Part shown: in pieces, positions 7,454 through 16,568 of the stretch
Position numbering within the stretch: the stretch's first letter is position 1
Layout: each line of letters opens with the position of its first letter
Assembly: GCA_039818725.1 (NCBI GenBank)
Contig: JBCBTK010000002.1
Coordinates: 256,817 to 288,816, forward strand
DNA length: 32,000 bases
From: Pseudomonadota bacterium
Lineage (GTDB): Bacteria; Pseudomonadota; Gammaproteobacteria; Pseudomonadales; Halieaceae
Direction of reading: 5' to 3'
Position numbers and translations under genes: made by a program
Notes under the pieces: generated by a model
The model's database searches: none
Told to the model about the DNA's origin: nothing
The model's input: only the letters and a program-made list of their open reading frames with translations

Positions 7454-8938
7454 TCATTCGCATCGGTCTTCGTTGCTGCGACGCAGCAGGTCGTGCTGTT
7501 CCAGTTTTTTGGCGGCTTCAAGCATAGCGTGCATGGGTAGCCCGGAACGTTCGGCGATATCGATAAGGCTATGCTGCCCATCAGAAAAATTGAGAAGCCA
7601 CAGCAGTGCCTGCTGAATGTCTTTCTCATCCTGCCCAAGTTCACCCGTCGAGTATAAGTTGTACTTCGACAACATGGGTTCGCCAAAGGGCCTGTTGCTT
7701 TCGAAAACAAGGTCGTGCTCAAGGGCTGCGACTACATCGGAAACCACGGCCAGAGACTCGAACAGCTGCTCAGGAGTAAGGAAAGTCGGATTGTCTGCCG
7801 AGGTGTGATACTCAGGATAGGTGTCGTAAGGAGCACGTGATAGGGATCCCACGGGCAGATTGACCCCCGGCGAGCAATACTGCCGCTCATCGTAGCCCAT
7901 GGGCACAAAGTCCTGCACGACATGGCTTCGCCGGTCTTTCAGAACGCGGGTAGCGATCCTGTCGATCGGCGTATTACCAGCCCGGCTTCGTTTATAGGTG
8001 AACGGACCGGGGCCTCCTACCCCTGCCAGCACCAGCCCGCCGTGGATGTTCTGCAGATGACTCTTGTTGTTGGAAAGCCAGCAAATCGTCCCAATCGTGG
8101 CGGGCACAAACAGGAACCGGTAGGAGAAGCGTGTATCCAGCCTTTGAAGTTCCCTCGCGAGGTACGCCGCGACGACCACCCCAGACAAGTTGTCATTTGC
8201 GAGCGACGGATGGCAAACGTGAGTGGATAGAAGAATCTCTTTTTGGCTACTCCCCGGCAGGTAGGCTTCGCCATAGGTCAGCGAACCTGGAGCCAGAGTC
8301 GAATCTATCACTACCCGGTACTTCTGCTGATCGTCCATGGACTCAAGGTCATTATGGCTCAGACAAAAGCCCCAGGTTTTTTGATAGTAGGAAGTTCTAT
8401 AGGGAATCAGGTCGGGTTGTTCTGGAAGAGTGTGTAGATGTGGTTTGAGTTCTCCCAGGGTCATCCAGGCGTCGACGGGAGCGCTGTAATTGACAACGTG
8501 CAAGTTATGACGCTTGAAATCGACCAACCGTGTTTCCTTCGCGTCGGCGATATAGGCATCCCGGATTTGCCACTCGTTCGGGACCTTCCAGTCGAAAACC
8601 CGCGTACCCGTTGGTACCTCAGTGATCTTGAGCGGTACTATTTCCTTGATCACATCCAGGGTCGCTCGAACACCGGGGCCAGTGATGCTTCGGCAGATTG
8701 GGTAGAGGTCAACGAGTGTTTGATAGAGCCGAGACGGAAGGCGGGAACACAGTCCGGTTGCAAGTGCAGACGGAGGTCCAACTACTGTGTCAGACACACC
8801 TCCGGACAGGTGTTCATACGATGCCCCAGGCGGTGCATCAGGCGATGCTCCAGGCGATGCTCCAGACAGGGGATCAGGTGAGCGTCCGGGCGATGTACGC
8901 TCTTCCTTGGCTGCAGCTTCTGGCCGTTTGTGCGTCAA
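7454..8938 (-). CDS. DUF4910/DUF2172-type aminopeptidase-like protein, often linked to polysaccharide loci
   Basis: LYPICRSITGPGVRATLDVI; VFDWKVPNEWQIRDAYI; ILLSTHVCHPSLANDNLSGVVVAA; CSPGVNLPVGSLSRAPYDTYPEYHTSADN; C-terminal winged-helix-like tail. The real start may lie downstream of the low-complexity N-terminus. Confidence 0.8.
   Translation of the reverse strand: MTHKRPEAAAKEERTSPGRSPDPLSGASPGASPDAPPGASYEHLSGGVSDTVVGPPSALATGLCSRLPSRLYQTLVDLYPICRSITGPGVRATLDVIKEIVPLKITEVPTGTRVFDWKVPNEWQIRDAYIADAKETRLVDFKRHNLHVVNYSAPVDAWMTLGELKPHLHTLPEQPDLIPYRTSYYQKTWGFCLSHNDLESMDDQQKYRVVIDSTLAPGSLTYGEAYLPGSSQKEILLSTHVCHPSLANDNLSGVVVAAYLARELQRLDTRFSYRFLFVPATIGTICWLSNNKSHLQNIHGGLVLAGVGGPGPFTYKRSRAGNTPIDRIATRVLKDRRSHVVQDFVPMGYDERQYCSPGVNLPVGSLSRAPYDTYPEYHTSADNPTFLTPEQLFESLAVVSDVVAALEHDLVFESNRPFGEPMLSKYNLYSTGELGQDEKDIQQALLWLLNFSDGQHSLIDIAERSGLPMHAMLEAAKKLEQHDLLRRSNEDRCE
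8827..8874. repeat. 12-bp tandem direct repeat, about 3 good plus 1 degenerate copy, at the 5' end of the DUF4910-type ORF
   Basis: caggcggtgcat / caggcgatgctc / caggcgatgctc / cagacaggggat; encodes ...SGASPGASPDAPPGAS... Confidence 0.8.
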
Positions 8939-9083
8939 AAGGGCTTTTGTTTCGCAATCTCAATGCCATTAAACATAACATGCAAGGATTGATGCACAAG
9001 AAGTTCGGGTTTGCTGAGCAGGACCTGGACGGCACTCTCTTCCCGAGTGTGAAAGGGCACGACTGACTAAGTGGGCAACAGCT

Positions 9084-9998
9084 ATGCAGGTCGTTCAGCT
9101 TTCCAGTGAAAAAGTGACTCCGGCGGCAGCGATCGCCGTGTTCGCTCACAACGAGGAAGCGTACATAAAGACGGCGCTGGAGAGCCTGTGCCCTGGTGAA
9201 AGCTCCGGCGGCCTGCGAATCTATGTCATGGCAAACGGGTGCACCGATGCCACGGCAGAGGTGGTTAAAGGTTGTGCCGGGGCTCTGCCTGATCTGTGGT
9301 TGGTCGAATCCGCTATAGGCGATAAAGCCAGTGCTTGGAATGAGTTTGTCCACGATGTGCTGACGGACCAGCTGCTGCGGGGTCTCCGTCAGTGCTTTTT
9401 CATGGATGGAGATGTTTGGCTGCGCCCTGGTGCCTTGAAAAAGCTGGCGGCGTTCCTTGAGGAAAAAACGGACCTGGATGCCGTCGGCGCGATGCCCGCT
9501 ACGGGAAGAGATCGCGATGGCTGGCGACGCAGGATGTACGAGAATGGCGTGCTGGCCGGCAATTGCTATGCGCTCCGAGCCGAGTTCATAGAGCAGCTAC
9601 GTCGGCAGGCCGTGCGCATGCCCAAAGGCCTCATTGGAGAGGACTTTCTGGTGTCGTGGCTGGTCGCCAGTGACGACTGGCGTCTCGTCGATGGAAGCCA
9701 CGACCGGCCGCGCTGCGGATTCAATCATCTGGCGGAGTTCGCCTTCAGATCTCTATCGCCCTGGAGTCTGTCCGACTGGCGAACCCATTTTCGGCGTCGT
9801 TGGCGCTACGCACTCCGAAACGTCCAGCATCACATGCTGGTGCTTCTGATCAGGGAACAGGGGATAGCGGGTATGCCTCGGGATGTCGATGAGCTGTACG
9901 CTCGGGCCCCGATGCCACATCGACCACACGGACCAGGACGACCCTCACTCTGGGATCGAGCTGCGGTGCGGTGGATTCGCTCCAAGCGAGCCGTCTGA
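9084..9998 (+). CDS. Glycosyltransferase family 2
   Basis: IAVFAHNEEAYIKTALESL...IYVMANGCTDATAEVV...CFFMDGDVWLRPGALKKLAAFLEE...GEDFLVSWLVASDD. Confidence 0.8.
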   Translation: MQVVQLSSEKVTPAAAIAVFAHNEEAYIKTALESLCPGESSGGLRIYVMANGCTDATAEVVKGCAGALPDLWLVESAIGDKASAWNEFVHDVLTDQLLRGLRQCFFMDGDVWLRPGALKKLAAFLEEKTDLDAVGAMPATGRDRDGWRRRMYENGVLAGNCYALRAEFIEQLRRQAVRMPKGLIGEDFLVSWLVASDDWRLVDGSHDRPRCGFNHLAEFAFRSLSPWSLSDWRTHFRRRWRYALRNVQHHMLVLLIREQGIAGMPRDVDELYARAPMPHRPHGPGRPSLWDRAAVRWIRSKRAV

Positions 9999-10109
9999 AC
10001 CTGGCGTTTAGGCCGGTTGCAGAAGTGGACGCCCAATTCAGTCCTGGGGACGCGTGCAGGGCGCCGTTCGTTGAAGAACAAGGTTGCTGTTAACGACCCG
10101 GCGCCTTGC

Positions 10110-11009
10110 TTAGCCAAACAGCAGGCGAGTGATTCGACTAAAAATCTGATGCCTCAGGTACAACACTCTGCGGAACAGATACAGCCATACCAGAACCTTT
10201 TCCCGGAATTCTATGGGGGCATGCCAAGTCGTAACGAAACGACGGGAGTGCAGTTTGATACGCTTTACAAAGGTTGGTTCTCGCGAGACATCGCGAGCCA
10301 CAGCCGTGTTCGCGCTCATCAAAAGACTCGATGTTTCCGTATCAAAGCGTCGCACGAAAAGCCGGCCAGGGGCTTCAATGAATTTACCGCGCAATGACAG
10401 CTCAGCCACCATACTTATGTCCGATCCAGGAAGCGGCTGGTGCAGGCTGGTTTCTCGAAGTGCGGAGCTGCGGATCACTCCATGCATAAGATTGTTTATG
10501 CGCTCCCGTTCCAAATAGGCCTTAAACCTGTCAGATGGCCGGTCGTAATCCAGATTGAAGTCGTCCAGATACTCGACGGCGATGTCTTCTCCATTGGCAT
10601 CTTTGAGTAATAGGTAAGCCTGGGTGTAGGTCAGAACCGCGTCGTCATTGGCTTGAAGGACTTCCATGCAGCTCTCCAGGAATCCCTCAAGACAAAAATC
10701 ACTATCCGCCGCCCATTTAAAGAACTCCCCGCGAGAAAGTTCGAACACGCGGTCGAAGTTGGCGAACTGGCCGATGTTCTCAGTGTTACGGTAGTAGCGG
10801 ATTCGTGAGTCTTTGGATACGGCCTCGCGACAGATCCTCTCCGTTTCATCGTTGGAGGCATTGTCGGAAATGATGAGCTCGAGATCGGTGAAGCTCTGTT
10901 CGACGATGGACTGAATCGCCTCGCCGATCCATTTACCGCCGTTGTAGACAGGCAGGCCGACGCTAAGCGTCGGTGCTGCGCCACTTTCCGGGGCCTCGTT
11001 TATTTTCAT
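10110..11009 (-). CDS. Glycosyltransferase family 2
   Basis: LSVGLPVYNGGKWIGEAIQSIVEQSFTDLELIISDNASNDETERICREAVSKDSRIRYYRNTENIGQFANFDRVFELSRGEFFKWAADSD. Confidence 0.9.
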   Translation of the reverse strand: MKINEAPESGAAPTLSVGLPVYNGGKWIGEAIQSIVEQSFTDLELIISDNASNDETERICREAVSKDSRIRYYRNTENIGQFANFDRVFELSRGEFFKWAADSDFCLEGFLESCMEVLQANDDAVLTYTQAYLLLKDANGEDIAVEYLDDFNLDYDRPSDRFKAYLERERINNLMHGVIRSSALRETSLHQPLPGSDISMVAELSLRGKFIEAPGRLFVRRFDTETSSLLMSANTAVARDVSREPTFVKRIKLHSRRFVTTWHAPIEFREKVLVWLYLFRRVLYLRHQIFSRITRLLFG

Positions 11010-11446
11010 TCGGAAGAAAAGCTGTCAAACGCGAATAGAGTTGTTTACATCTTGTTTTCGGCCGCGGCATCGCCCTAGCGGATATCAACCCGATTATCGA
11101 TCGATCCCGTGCCTTCGGGTCCCGAGCCGCTGCCCACAATACGCCGAAGCATAATCAACACGTTCATCCACACATCACGCTCCCGATTTATCTGAAGCAG
11201 ATTTCAGTGTTTGCTATCGCTTCGGGGTTGGAAAGCGGCGCCGATATCGGTGCTGGCGTCTCAGCCGGGTGGTGCCCAAACTCCCGTGATAACGCAGATG
11301 ATAAGCAGCGAGTTCTGCGAGTCAGCTGCCAGCCTTGGAACCACGCAAAAGAGCGGCAGAAAAAGACCACAAGCAGGCGAGTAGCAGTCTTGTTCACAGA
11401 CCGGTCCCAAGTGATGCCAGGCGCGAGAGCCTAACATAGGAGCACG

Positions 11447-11761
11447 GTGGGCAGCAGACTGCTGCAGGCTTCGAACCGTGACCCGCTCTGGGCCGTGACT
11501 TGCCTATCCAGCGGTAGCGTCCTGTTTCAAAGTGCACGCCTGCTATATGGCATTGCCGCTCACGTGCTGACACTGATTGCTTTGTGTGGATCAGTAGTCT
11601 GGCCTTTGGGTCTAATTTCTACCAACCCAGGGGCGACAATCGCAGGCTTTGCGGTCACGATGCTGGCGAAAGCCTGGTTTGTCGATCGCGTGGTGTGGAT
11701 ATTCGAAGACATGAAAAGTGTTGATCCGCGCTATGCAAGCTGGATTCGCTCCAGCTCCTGA
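11447..11761 (+). CDS. Small membrane protein of unknown function
   Basis: 104 aa from GTG preceded by TAGGAGC; two hydrophobic segments (LLYGIAAHVLTLIALCGSVVWPLGLI; TIAGFAVTMLAKAWFVDRVVWIF); followed 6 nt later by the next CDS. Confidence 0.6.
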   Translation: MGSRLLQASNRDPLWAVTCLSSGSVLFQSARLLYGIAAHVLTLIALCGSVVWPLGLISTNPGATIAGFAVTMLAKAWFVDRVVWIFEDMKSVDPRYASWIRSSS

Positions 11762-11767
11762 TCTGAG

Positions 11768-12715
11768 ATGAATCTCGTTAAAGCAGGTCCCAGACGGATG
11801 TTCGTTAAACTCATAGACCGCAGTCTTCGGTGCTTGCCCATGCTCGAGTCGCTCAGCTCTGCATTGAAAAATCAGGTTGATTGGCCGCACCCAGAATTTA
11901 CGGGTGTTGCGTCGATTAAGTCGCGAAGCGCTCGCGTAACTGCTTTGTTCGTTACTTTGTGCCCCTCGTTTGCCTGCAGTGATGAGAGAGACGACATCGC
12001 GCAGCAGTTGGCCAATCCCGTGGCCTCGCTGATCAGCGTGCCACTACAGCTGAACTACGATGAGAAATTCGGCGCTGACGCCAAAGGCACGCTGCTTCGC
12101 CTGAATGTACAGCCTGTGATTCCCATCGGGTTGAACGATGACTGGAATCTGATATCACGGACCATCCTGCCGGTGGTTAATCAGCAGGACTTTCCGGTTC
12201 CCGGCTACAGTGAATGGGGCCTTAGCGATACAGTGCAAAGCCTGTTCTTTTCTCCGAAGGAGCCGACATCCAACGGCTGGATTTGGGGAGCGGGTCCCGC
12301 GTTCTTGATACCTACGGCTACGGACGAGTTTCTGGGCACAGAGAAGTGGGGCGCCGGTCCGACTGCGGTAGCGCTGAAGCAATCCGGGCCGTGGACTTAT
12401 GGCGGTCTGACCAACCATATCGAATCATTCGCCGGGGAAAGTGGACGCGCGGATATCAGCGCCACATTTCTACAGCCCTTTCTGACTTACATTACGCCCG
12501 CGAAGACGACCTTCGCTCTAAATACCGAGTCAACCTACGATTGGGAAGCCCAGGAGTGGTCGGTGCCGATCAATTTCACGGTTAGCCAGCTACTGCAGAT
12601 GAGGGGTCAGATCGTTTCCGTCGGTGCGGGCGTTCGCTATTGGGCTACGTCACCCGATTCCGCCGCCGATGGTTGGGGCGTGAGACTCATCTTTACACTG
12701 GTGTATCCACGCTAG
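11768..12715 (+). CDS. Outer-membrane beta-barrel 'transporter' family protein (the family sometimes mis-annotated neuromedin U)
   Basis: DDIAQQLANPVASLISVPLQLNYDEKFG...LNVQPVIPIGLNDDWNLISRTILPVVNQQDF...GLSDTVQSLFFSP...WIWGAGPAFLIPTAT; terminal aromatic/positively charged strand. A signal-peptide-like segment (RVTALFVTLCPSFACS) is about 50 aa into the ORF, so the start is uncertain. Confidence 0.75.
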   Translation: MNLVKAGPRRMFVKLIDRSLRCLPMLESLSSALKNQVDWPHPEFTGVASIKSRSARVTALFVTLCPSFACSDERDDIAQQLANPVASLISVPLQLNYDEKFGADAKGTLLRLNVQPVIPIGLNDDWNLISRTILPVVNQQDFPVPGYSEWGLSDTVQSLFFSPKEPTSNGWIWGAGPAFLIPTATDEFLGTEKWGAGPTAVALKQSGPWTYGGLTNHIESFAGESGRADISATFLQPFLTYITPAKTTFALNTESTYDWEAQEWSVPINFTVSQLLQMRGQIVSVGAGVRYWATSPDSAADGWGVRLIFTLVYPR

Positions 12716-12757
12716 CTACGGAGCGTCCGCTGGCGAGCTTTTCAATTGCTCGTCAAC

Positions 12758-13384
12758 TCACGGCCCCCGGGGTGCCCCCATCATCATGTTGTAGCGCCAT
12801 ATACCCAGCAGGCCGCGCTTTTCGCGGTAGTGGCTCAACTCACCAAGCTGCAGCATGGCTTCCAGAAGCTGCGACTCCATGCGCACGTGGTTCATCGCCA
12901 TCCAGCGCCGGAACCAGGCGAACGGCGAATTGTGGAAGTCCACCACGCAGACGACACCATCAGGAGCGATGGCCCGATGTGCCGTCTCCAGACAGGTGTC
13001 GTAGCCCGGATTGAACATACTGAGCGCGTAGGAGAAGAGGATCACGTCCGGTTTGCCCATGGATTCCAGCGCTGCATCCACTTCGGACGAGGGATACATG
13101 CCTTCGATCCAGCGGATATTCAGGGCGCCCGCCTTGCCGCGGGCGATACGCAGCATGTCCGCCGACGCATCCACACCCACACACTGGGCGTCGGGGATTC
13201 GTTTTTTCAATTCGATCAGGTTCTTGCCCGTACCACAGCCGATTTCCAGGACCCGGCGGGGCTGCCGTTCCGCGATGTGCGCTACCAGTGCACGCCGACC
13301 GAACAGAAAGGTCCAGCGGGTGAGGTCGTAGATTCGGGCGTGAAAGCGGTAGTAAGCGTTTGTGTTATCTCCAAGCGTCTTCAC
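12758..13384 (-). CDS. btaB: BtaB-like SAM-dependent N-methyltransferase (betaine lipid synthesis)
   Basis: YYRFHARIYDLTRWTFLFGRRALV...VLEIGCGTGKNLIELKKRIPDAQCVGVDASADMLRIAR...ILFSYALSMFNP...VVDFHNSPFAWFRRWMAMNHV. GTG at 13384 overlaps the preceding stop (GTGA); the ORF track begins at 13408. Confidence 0.75.
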   Translation of the reverse strand: MKTLGDNTNAYYRFHARIYDLTRWTFLFGRRALVAHIAERQPRRVLEIGCGTGKNLIELKKRIPDAQCVGVDASADMLRIARGKAGALNIRWIEGMYPSSEVDAALESMGKPDVILFSYALSMFNPGYDTCLETAHRAIAPDGVVCVVDFHNSPFAWFRRWMAMNHVRMESQLLEAMLQLGELSHYREKRGLLGIWRYNMMMGAPRGP

Positions 13385-14550
13385 GCGTGGACTACACCGA
13401 GGTGGCAACTCGCGTAGGTGCCCACACGATCGGAGGCGTGGAGTTCGCGAGCCCGATCGTTCCGCCAGGAAAGCCAGCCGTCAACATTTGGCGCGCAGAA
13501 GTCCACCTCAAGCCCCGCGGAGCGCATGAGGACCCGGGTCCCAGGCTGGGCATGGGCCCGAATCTCCCGCCACTCCTCTTCGAGAAGTTCCGGGCGATAC
13601 CAGGCGAGCCAGTCCTGGTGATCGAGCAGCACGAAGTGAGAAAAACTTTCCGGCCGTTCCTTCAGGTAGTCGCTGAAGCTTGTCGTATGGGCTGACAGGC
13701 GTTCGAGACGATTGCGGATCAGCTCGTGGTTTTCTTCCTTGAGGTACTCCGGGCAGCATGTGGGCGTGTACTCACCGCGCAGATAGACCCGCCAGAAGTA
13801 GTTGTCCGAGAGACTGATCTGCGTGAAGACATTGCGCAGACAACCGCGAACAAAAGACACCAGCCCACCGGGCGTATCCCGGTTGATGAGATCCAGCTGC
13901 GCCCGGGGTACGCCCACCATATTCATGATCATCGGCGACCTGAGCAGCGCTTCGATGACCCTGTTCCACAGCCGCTCTTCAATCCGGAAATACAGGGCCC
14001 GCTGCTCCGCGAGGTTCTCCGTCTCCAGCAGTTCATAGACCTCGTGCCGGACCCGGGGCTTGAGCCTGAAGAACAGGTTCTTCAACAACCAGGCGGCGAG
14101 GCCGGATGACCCGCGATAGTAAAAGCTTCGACGCAGGGCCCGGTCAAAGAGCTGGTCTATGCGCTTGTCCCAGTAGTGCTGCGCGTACTCGGGCATCGAT
14201 GAGCGAAAACCCCGGTACAGCTCTCCAGCCCGCGGGTGAAAGCCCTTCCCAAACCACTGGAAGAGATCGTCGTATTCAAGATGCAGGATCACCGCCCGCT
14301 TCAGTTCAAGCAGAGCGTTCTGGCGGTGGTTGAGATCAACGCAAACGACCTCATCGGGATCGTCCAGCAAATACTCAATGGCGTTGCAGCCCGCACTTGT
14401 GATCATCATCGCGCGTGAACCAGGTTCGAGCTGGAGCAGCTCGCGATCGATGCGAGGATCTTCCCAACAGGTGTTGTAGATCAGCTGCGAGCTATGGACC
14501 TTGGTAAAGATGTAGTTGCCCGTAGACTTTGCTTTGCCTGGGTGCGCCAT
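13381..14550 (-). CDS. btaA: BtaA-like (DUF3419) S-adenosylmethionine:diacylglycerol 3-amino-3-carboxypropyl transferase
   Basis: YIFTKVHSSQLIYNTCWEDPRIDRELLQLEPGSRAMMITSAGCNAIEYLLDDPDEVVCVDLNHRQNALLELKRA...SLSDNYFWRVYLRGEYTPTCCPEYL...FVLLDHQDWLAW. Co-oriented and translationally overlapping with the BtaB-like gene. Confidence 0.78.
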   Translation of the reverse strand: MAHPGKAKSTGNYIFTKVHSSQLIYNTCWEDPRIDRELLQLEPGSRAMMITSAGCNAIEYLLDDPDEVVCVDLNHRQNALLELKRAVILHLEYDDLFQWFGKGFHPRAGELYRGFRSSMPEYAQHYWDKRIDQLFDRALRRSFYYRGSSGLAAWLLKNLFFRLKPRVRHEVYELLETENLAEQRALYFRIEERLWNRVIEALLRSPMIMNMVGVPRAQLDLINRDTPGGLVSFVRGCLRNVFTQISLSDNYFWRVYLRGEYTPTCCPEYLKEENHELIRNRLERLSAHTTSFSDYLKERPESFSHFVLLDHQDWLAWYRPELLEEEWREIRAHAQPGTRVLMRSAGLEVDFCAPNVDGWLSWRNDRARELHASDRVGTYASCHLGVVHA

Positions 14551-14712
14551 GATTCGACGTAAACCTGTGCTGGAATTTTCGGCGCCCCGAACCTAACCCA
14601 AATTGCATGTCAGACGCTATCTCCGAACAAATCCACCAAACGACCTGAACAAGCTCGCGTATCGCCGCTCAACGGAGCGTGTACACTGCTCCTTGGCGGG
14701 AGGAGGTCCACC

Positions 14713-16506
14713 GTGCCCGATTCGTCTTCCGAAACTTCTTCAGAACCGTCACAGGTCGGTCGGGTTTTCCTCGTCGTGGACGACGACCCCATGGTGCGCC
14801 GGATCGTTACGCGCGGCCTCGAGTCCCTCGATCCCGCCGAAGTGCTGGAGCGTGAGGACGGGCTGGCTGCCCAGGAAATTCTCAAAGCCCGTCACGTCGA
14901 CGTTGTGATCACCGACGTGCTCATGCCGAACATGAATGGCCTCGAGCTCATGAAATGGGCGCAGGAGCATCGCCCTGGGCCTCTATGGATCGTGTTATCG
15001 GGCGTTGAGACCTTCGATACAGCTGTGGAAGCACTTCAGCTCGGCGCCTTTGATTACCTTGCCAAACCGCCGGAACTTCCTCGCGTGCGCGTGGCGGTCC
15101 GCAACGCCCTCGATCAGATCGAGCTGGTTCAGGAACGCGAGCGGCTCTACGGACAACTGGAAGACAGCAACCTCCAGCTGGCGGAGAAAGTTGCCCAGCT
15201 GCAGACCGTGTGCGGCGTTCTCGAAAATCAGGCGGCAACGATCCAGGCGGACCTCGATCGCGCCGAGGTCATTCAGCGTGCCCTGCTTCCCCAGCAGCCT
15301 CCGTCCACGCCGGGCTGGTGCATGGAAACGCTGTACCGGCCCGGTAGCAGCGTCGGTGGCGACTTCTACGACGCGGTCTCCCTCGATGAGGACCATCTCG
15401 GCATCGTGATCGCGGATGCGGCGGGCCATGGTGTGGCGGCCGCCATGCTCTCCGTGCTTTTCAAGCTGCGCTTTCAGCAGATCAGCCAACCTGGTAACGT
15501 GCTGGCGCCGACCGAGGTTCTCCGGCGCCTGAATGACGGGCTCTACGACATGCTATCGACGCCCGGCGCGTTCGTAACGGCGATCTACGCGCTGATCTGT
15601 CTCCCCAGCGGTCGTGTGCGCATCGCGTCGGCCGGCCACCCGCCCTGCCTTGTCACCAGCGCCGACGGGGAAGTGTTGCTGTTCAAGCGCACGGGGCCGG
15701 CGCTGGGACTGGTCGAGAATCCCGAATTCACGGAACACGACTTCGTCCTGGGATCCGGCGATCGACTCATGTTCTACACCGACGGCGTCGTGGAAGGAGG
15801 TCCGCACTCTCCTGGCGAAGATGACATCGCAAGAACGATGCAAAGCGTAGACGATCGACAGGAGTGCCTGGAACAGCTGTTCGATCTCGCGGCCCGTGAT
15901 CTCCCGGGCGACCGGGACGACGTCACCATGCTCCTGCTCCAGCGGGGCAAGGGGACGAGCCATTTCGACGATACTGGCGCCGAAGGCGCTGCAAAGAACG
16001 ACACTTCCACGAGCGCGGACCCCCCACCGGAACTGGAGCATCCGCATCTGAGCCAGGGCGAGCGCGAGGATCGCGGCTTCATCGCCATCAGTGGTGCCAT
16101 AACCTGGTTATGCGGGCAGGCGCTCCTGGACGCGGCGCGGTCGATGCTCGCGCGCAACGCAGCTCTGAGCATCGATCTCAGCCGCTGCGAGCATATGGAC
16201 AGCACCTGTCTCGGTACGCTCTACGAAATCGTCGCCTCACACGAAGGGGCTGTGGAACTGCAGGGCGTGGGGGAAACTCTGCGCAGCCTCTTCGACGAAC
16301 TCAGCATGACCGCCGTTCTTGAAGTCATCGCGGCGACCGCACGAACCCTGCCCGATGCGATGACGGAGATACAGTCGAGCCCGTTGACGCCGCAGCAGCA
16401 GGGCGCGCGAATTCTCAGCGCTCACGAGACCCTGCTCGACCTGGGCGGCGAGAACGAAGAGCAGTTTCGGGCGGTCGTGGAATCCCTGCGCGCAGACCTA
16501 TCCTGA
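14713..16506 (+). CDS. Response regulator with PP2C/SpoIIE phosphatase domain and C-terminal STAS (anti-anti-sigma) domain
   Basis: GTG with strong AGGAGG upstream. REC: FLVVDDDPMVRRIV...VVITDVLMPNMNGLELM...GAFDYLAKP. SpoIIE: YRPGSSVGGDFYDAVSLDEDHLGIVIADAAGHGVAAAMLS...DRLMFYTDGVVEGG. STAS: FIAISGAITWLCGQALLDAA...SIDLSRCEHMDSTCLGTLYEIVAS. Confidence 0.9.
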   Translation: MPDSSSETSSEPSQVGRVFLVVDDDPMVRRIVTRGLESLDPAEVLEREDGLAAQEILKARHVDVVITDVLMPNMNGLELMKWAQEHRPGPLWIVLSGVETFDTAVEALQLGAFDYLAKPPELPRVRVAVRNALDQIELVQERERLYGQLEDSNLQLAEKVAQLQTVCGVLENQAATIQADLDRAEVIQRALLPQQPPSTPGWCMETLYRPGSSVGGDFYDAVSLDEDHLGIVIADAAGHGVAAAMLSVLFKLRFQQISQPGNVLAPTEVLRRLNDGLYDMLSTPGAFVTAIYALICLPSGRVRIASAGHPPCLVTSADGEVLLFKRTGPALGLVENPEFTEHDFVLGSGDRLMFYTDGVVEGGPHSPGEDDIARTMQSVDDRQECLEQLFDLAARDLPGDRDDVTMLLLQRGKGTSHFDDTGAEGAAKNDTSTSADPPPELEHPHLSQGEREDRGFIAISGAITWLCGQALLDAARSMLARNAALSIDLSRCEHMDSTCLGTLYEIVASHEGAVELQGVGETLRSLFDELSMTAVLEVIAATARTLPDAMTEIQSSPLTPQQQGARILSAHETLLDLGGENEEQFRAVVESLRADLS

Positions 16507-16568
16507 CCGGCTCAACGCACCGGCTGGGCGCGTGAGCTCAGAGCCAGCTTTCCATCGCTAGCCGTAAA

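Noticed and set aside
7251-7722. Minus-strand ORFs of 70 and 130 aa
   Set aside because: The first lies mostly in the gap before the DUF4910-type gene with no domain; the second overlaps the DUF4910-type coding frame.
11188-11434. Overlapping 69-aa (-) and 75-aa (+) ORFs in the 11010-11446 gap
   Set aside because: Neither has a convincing domain, composition or start context; treated as intergenic.
14551-14712. Pho box upstream of btaA
   Set aside because: CTGACATGC-like text is present on the minus strand but no paired CTGTCAT half-sites at 11-nt spacing.
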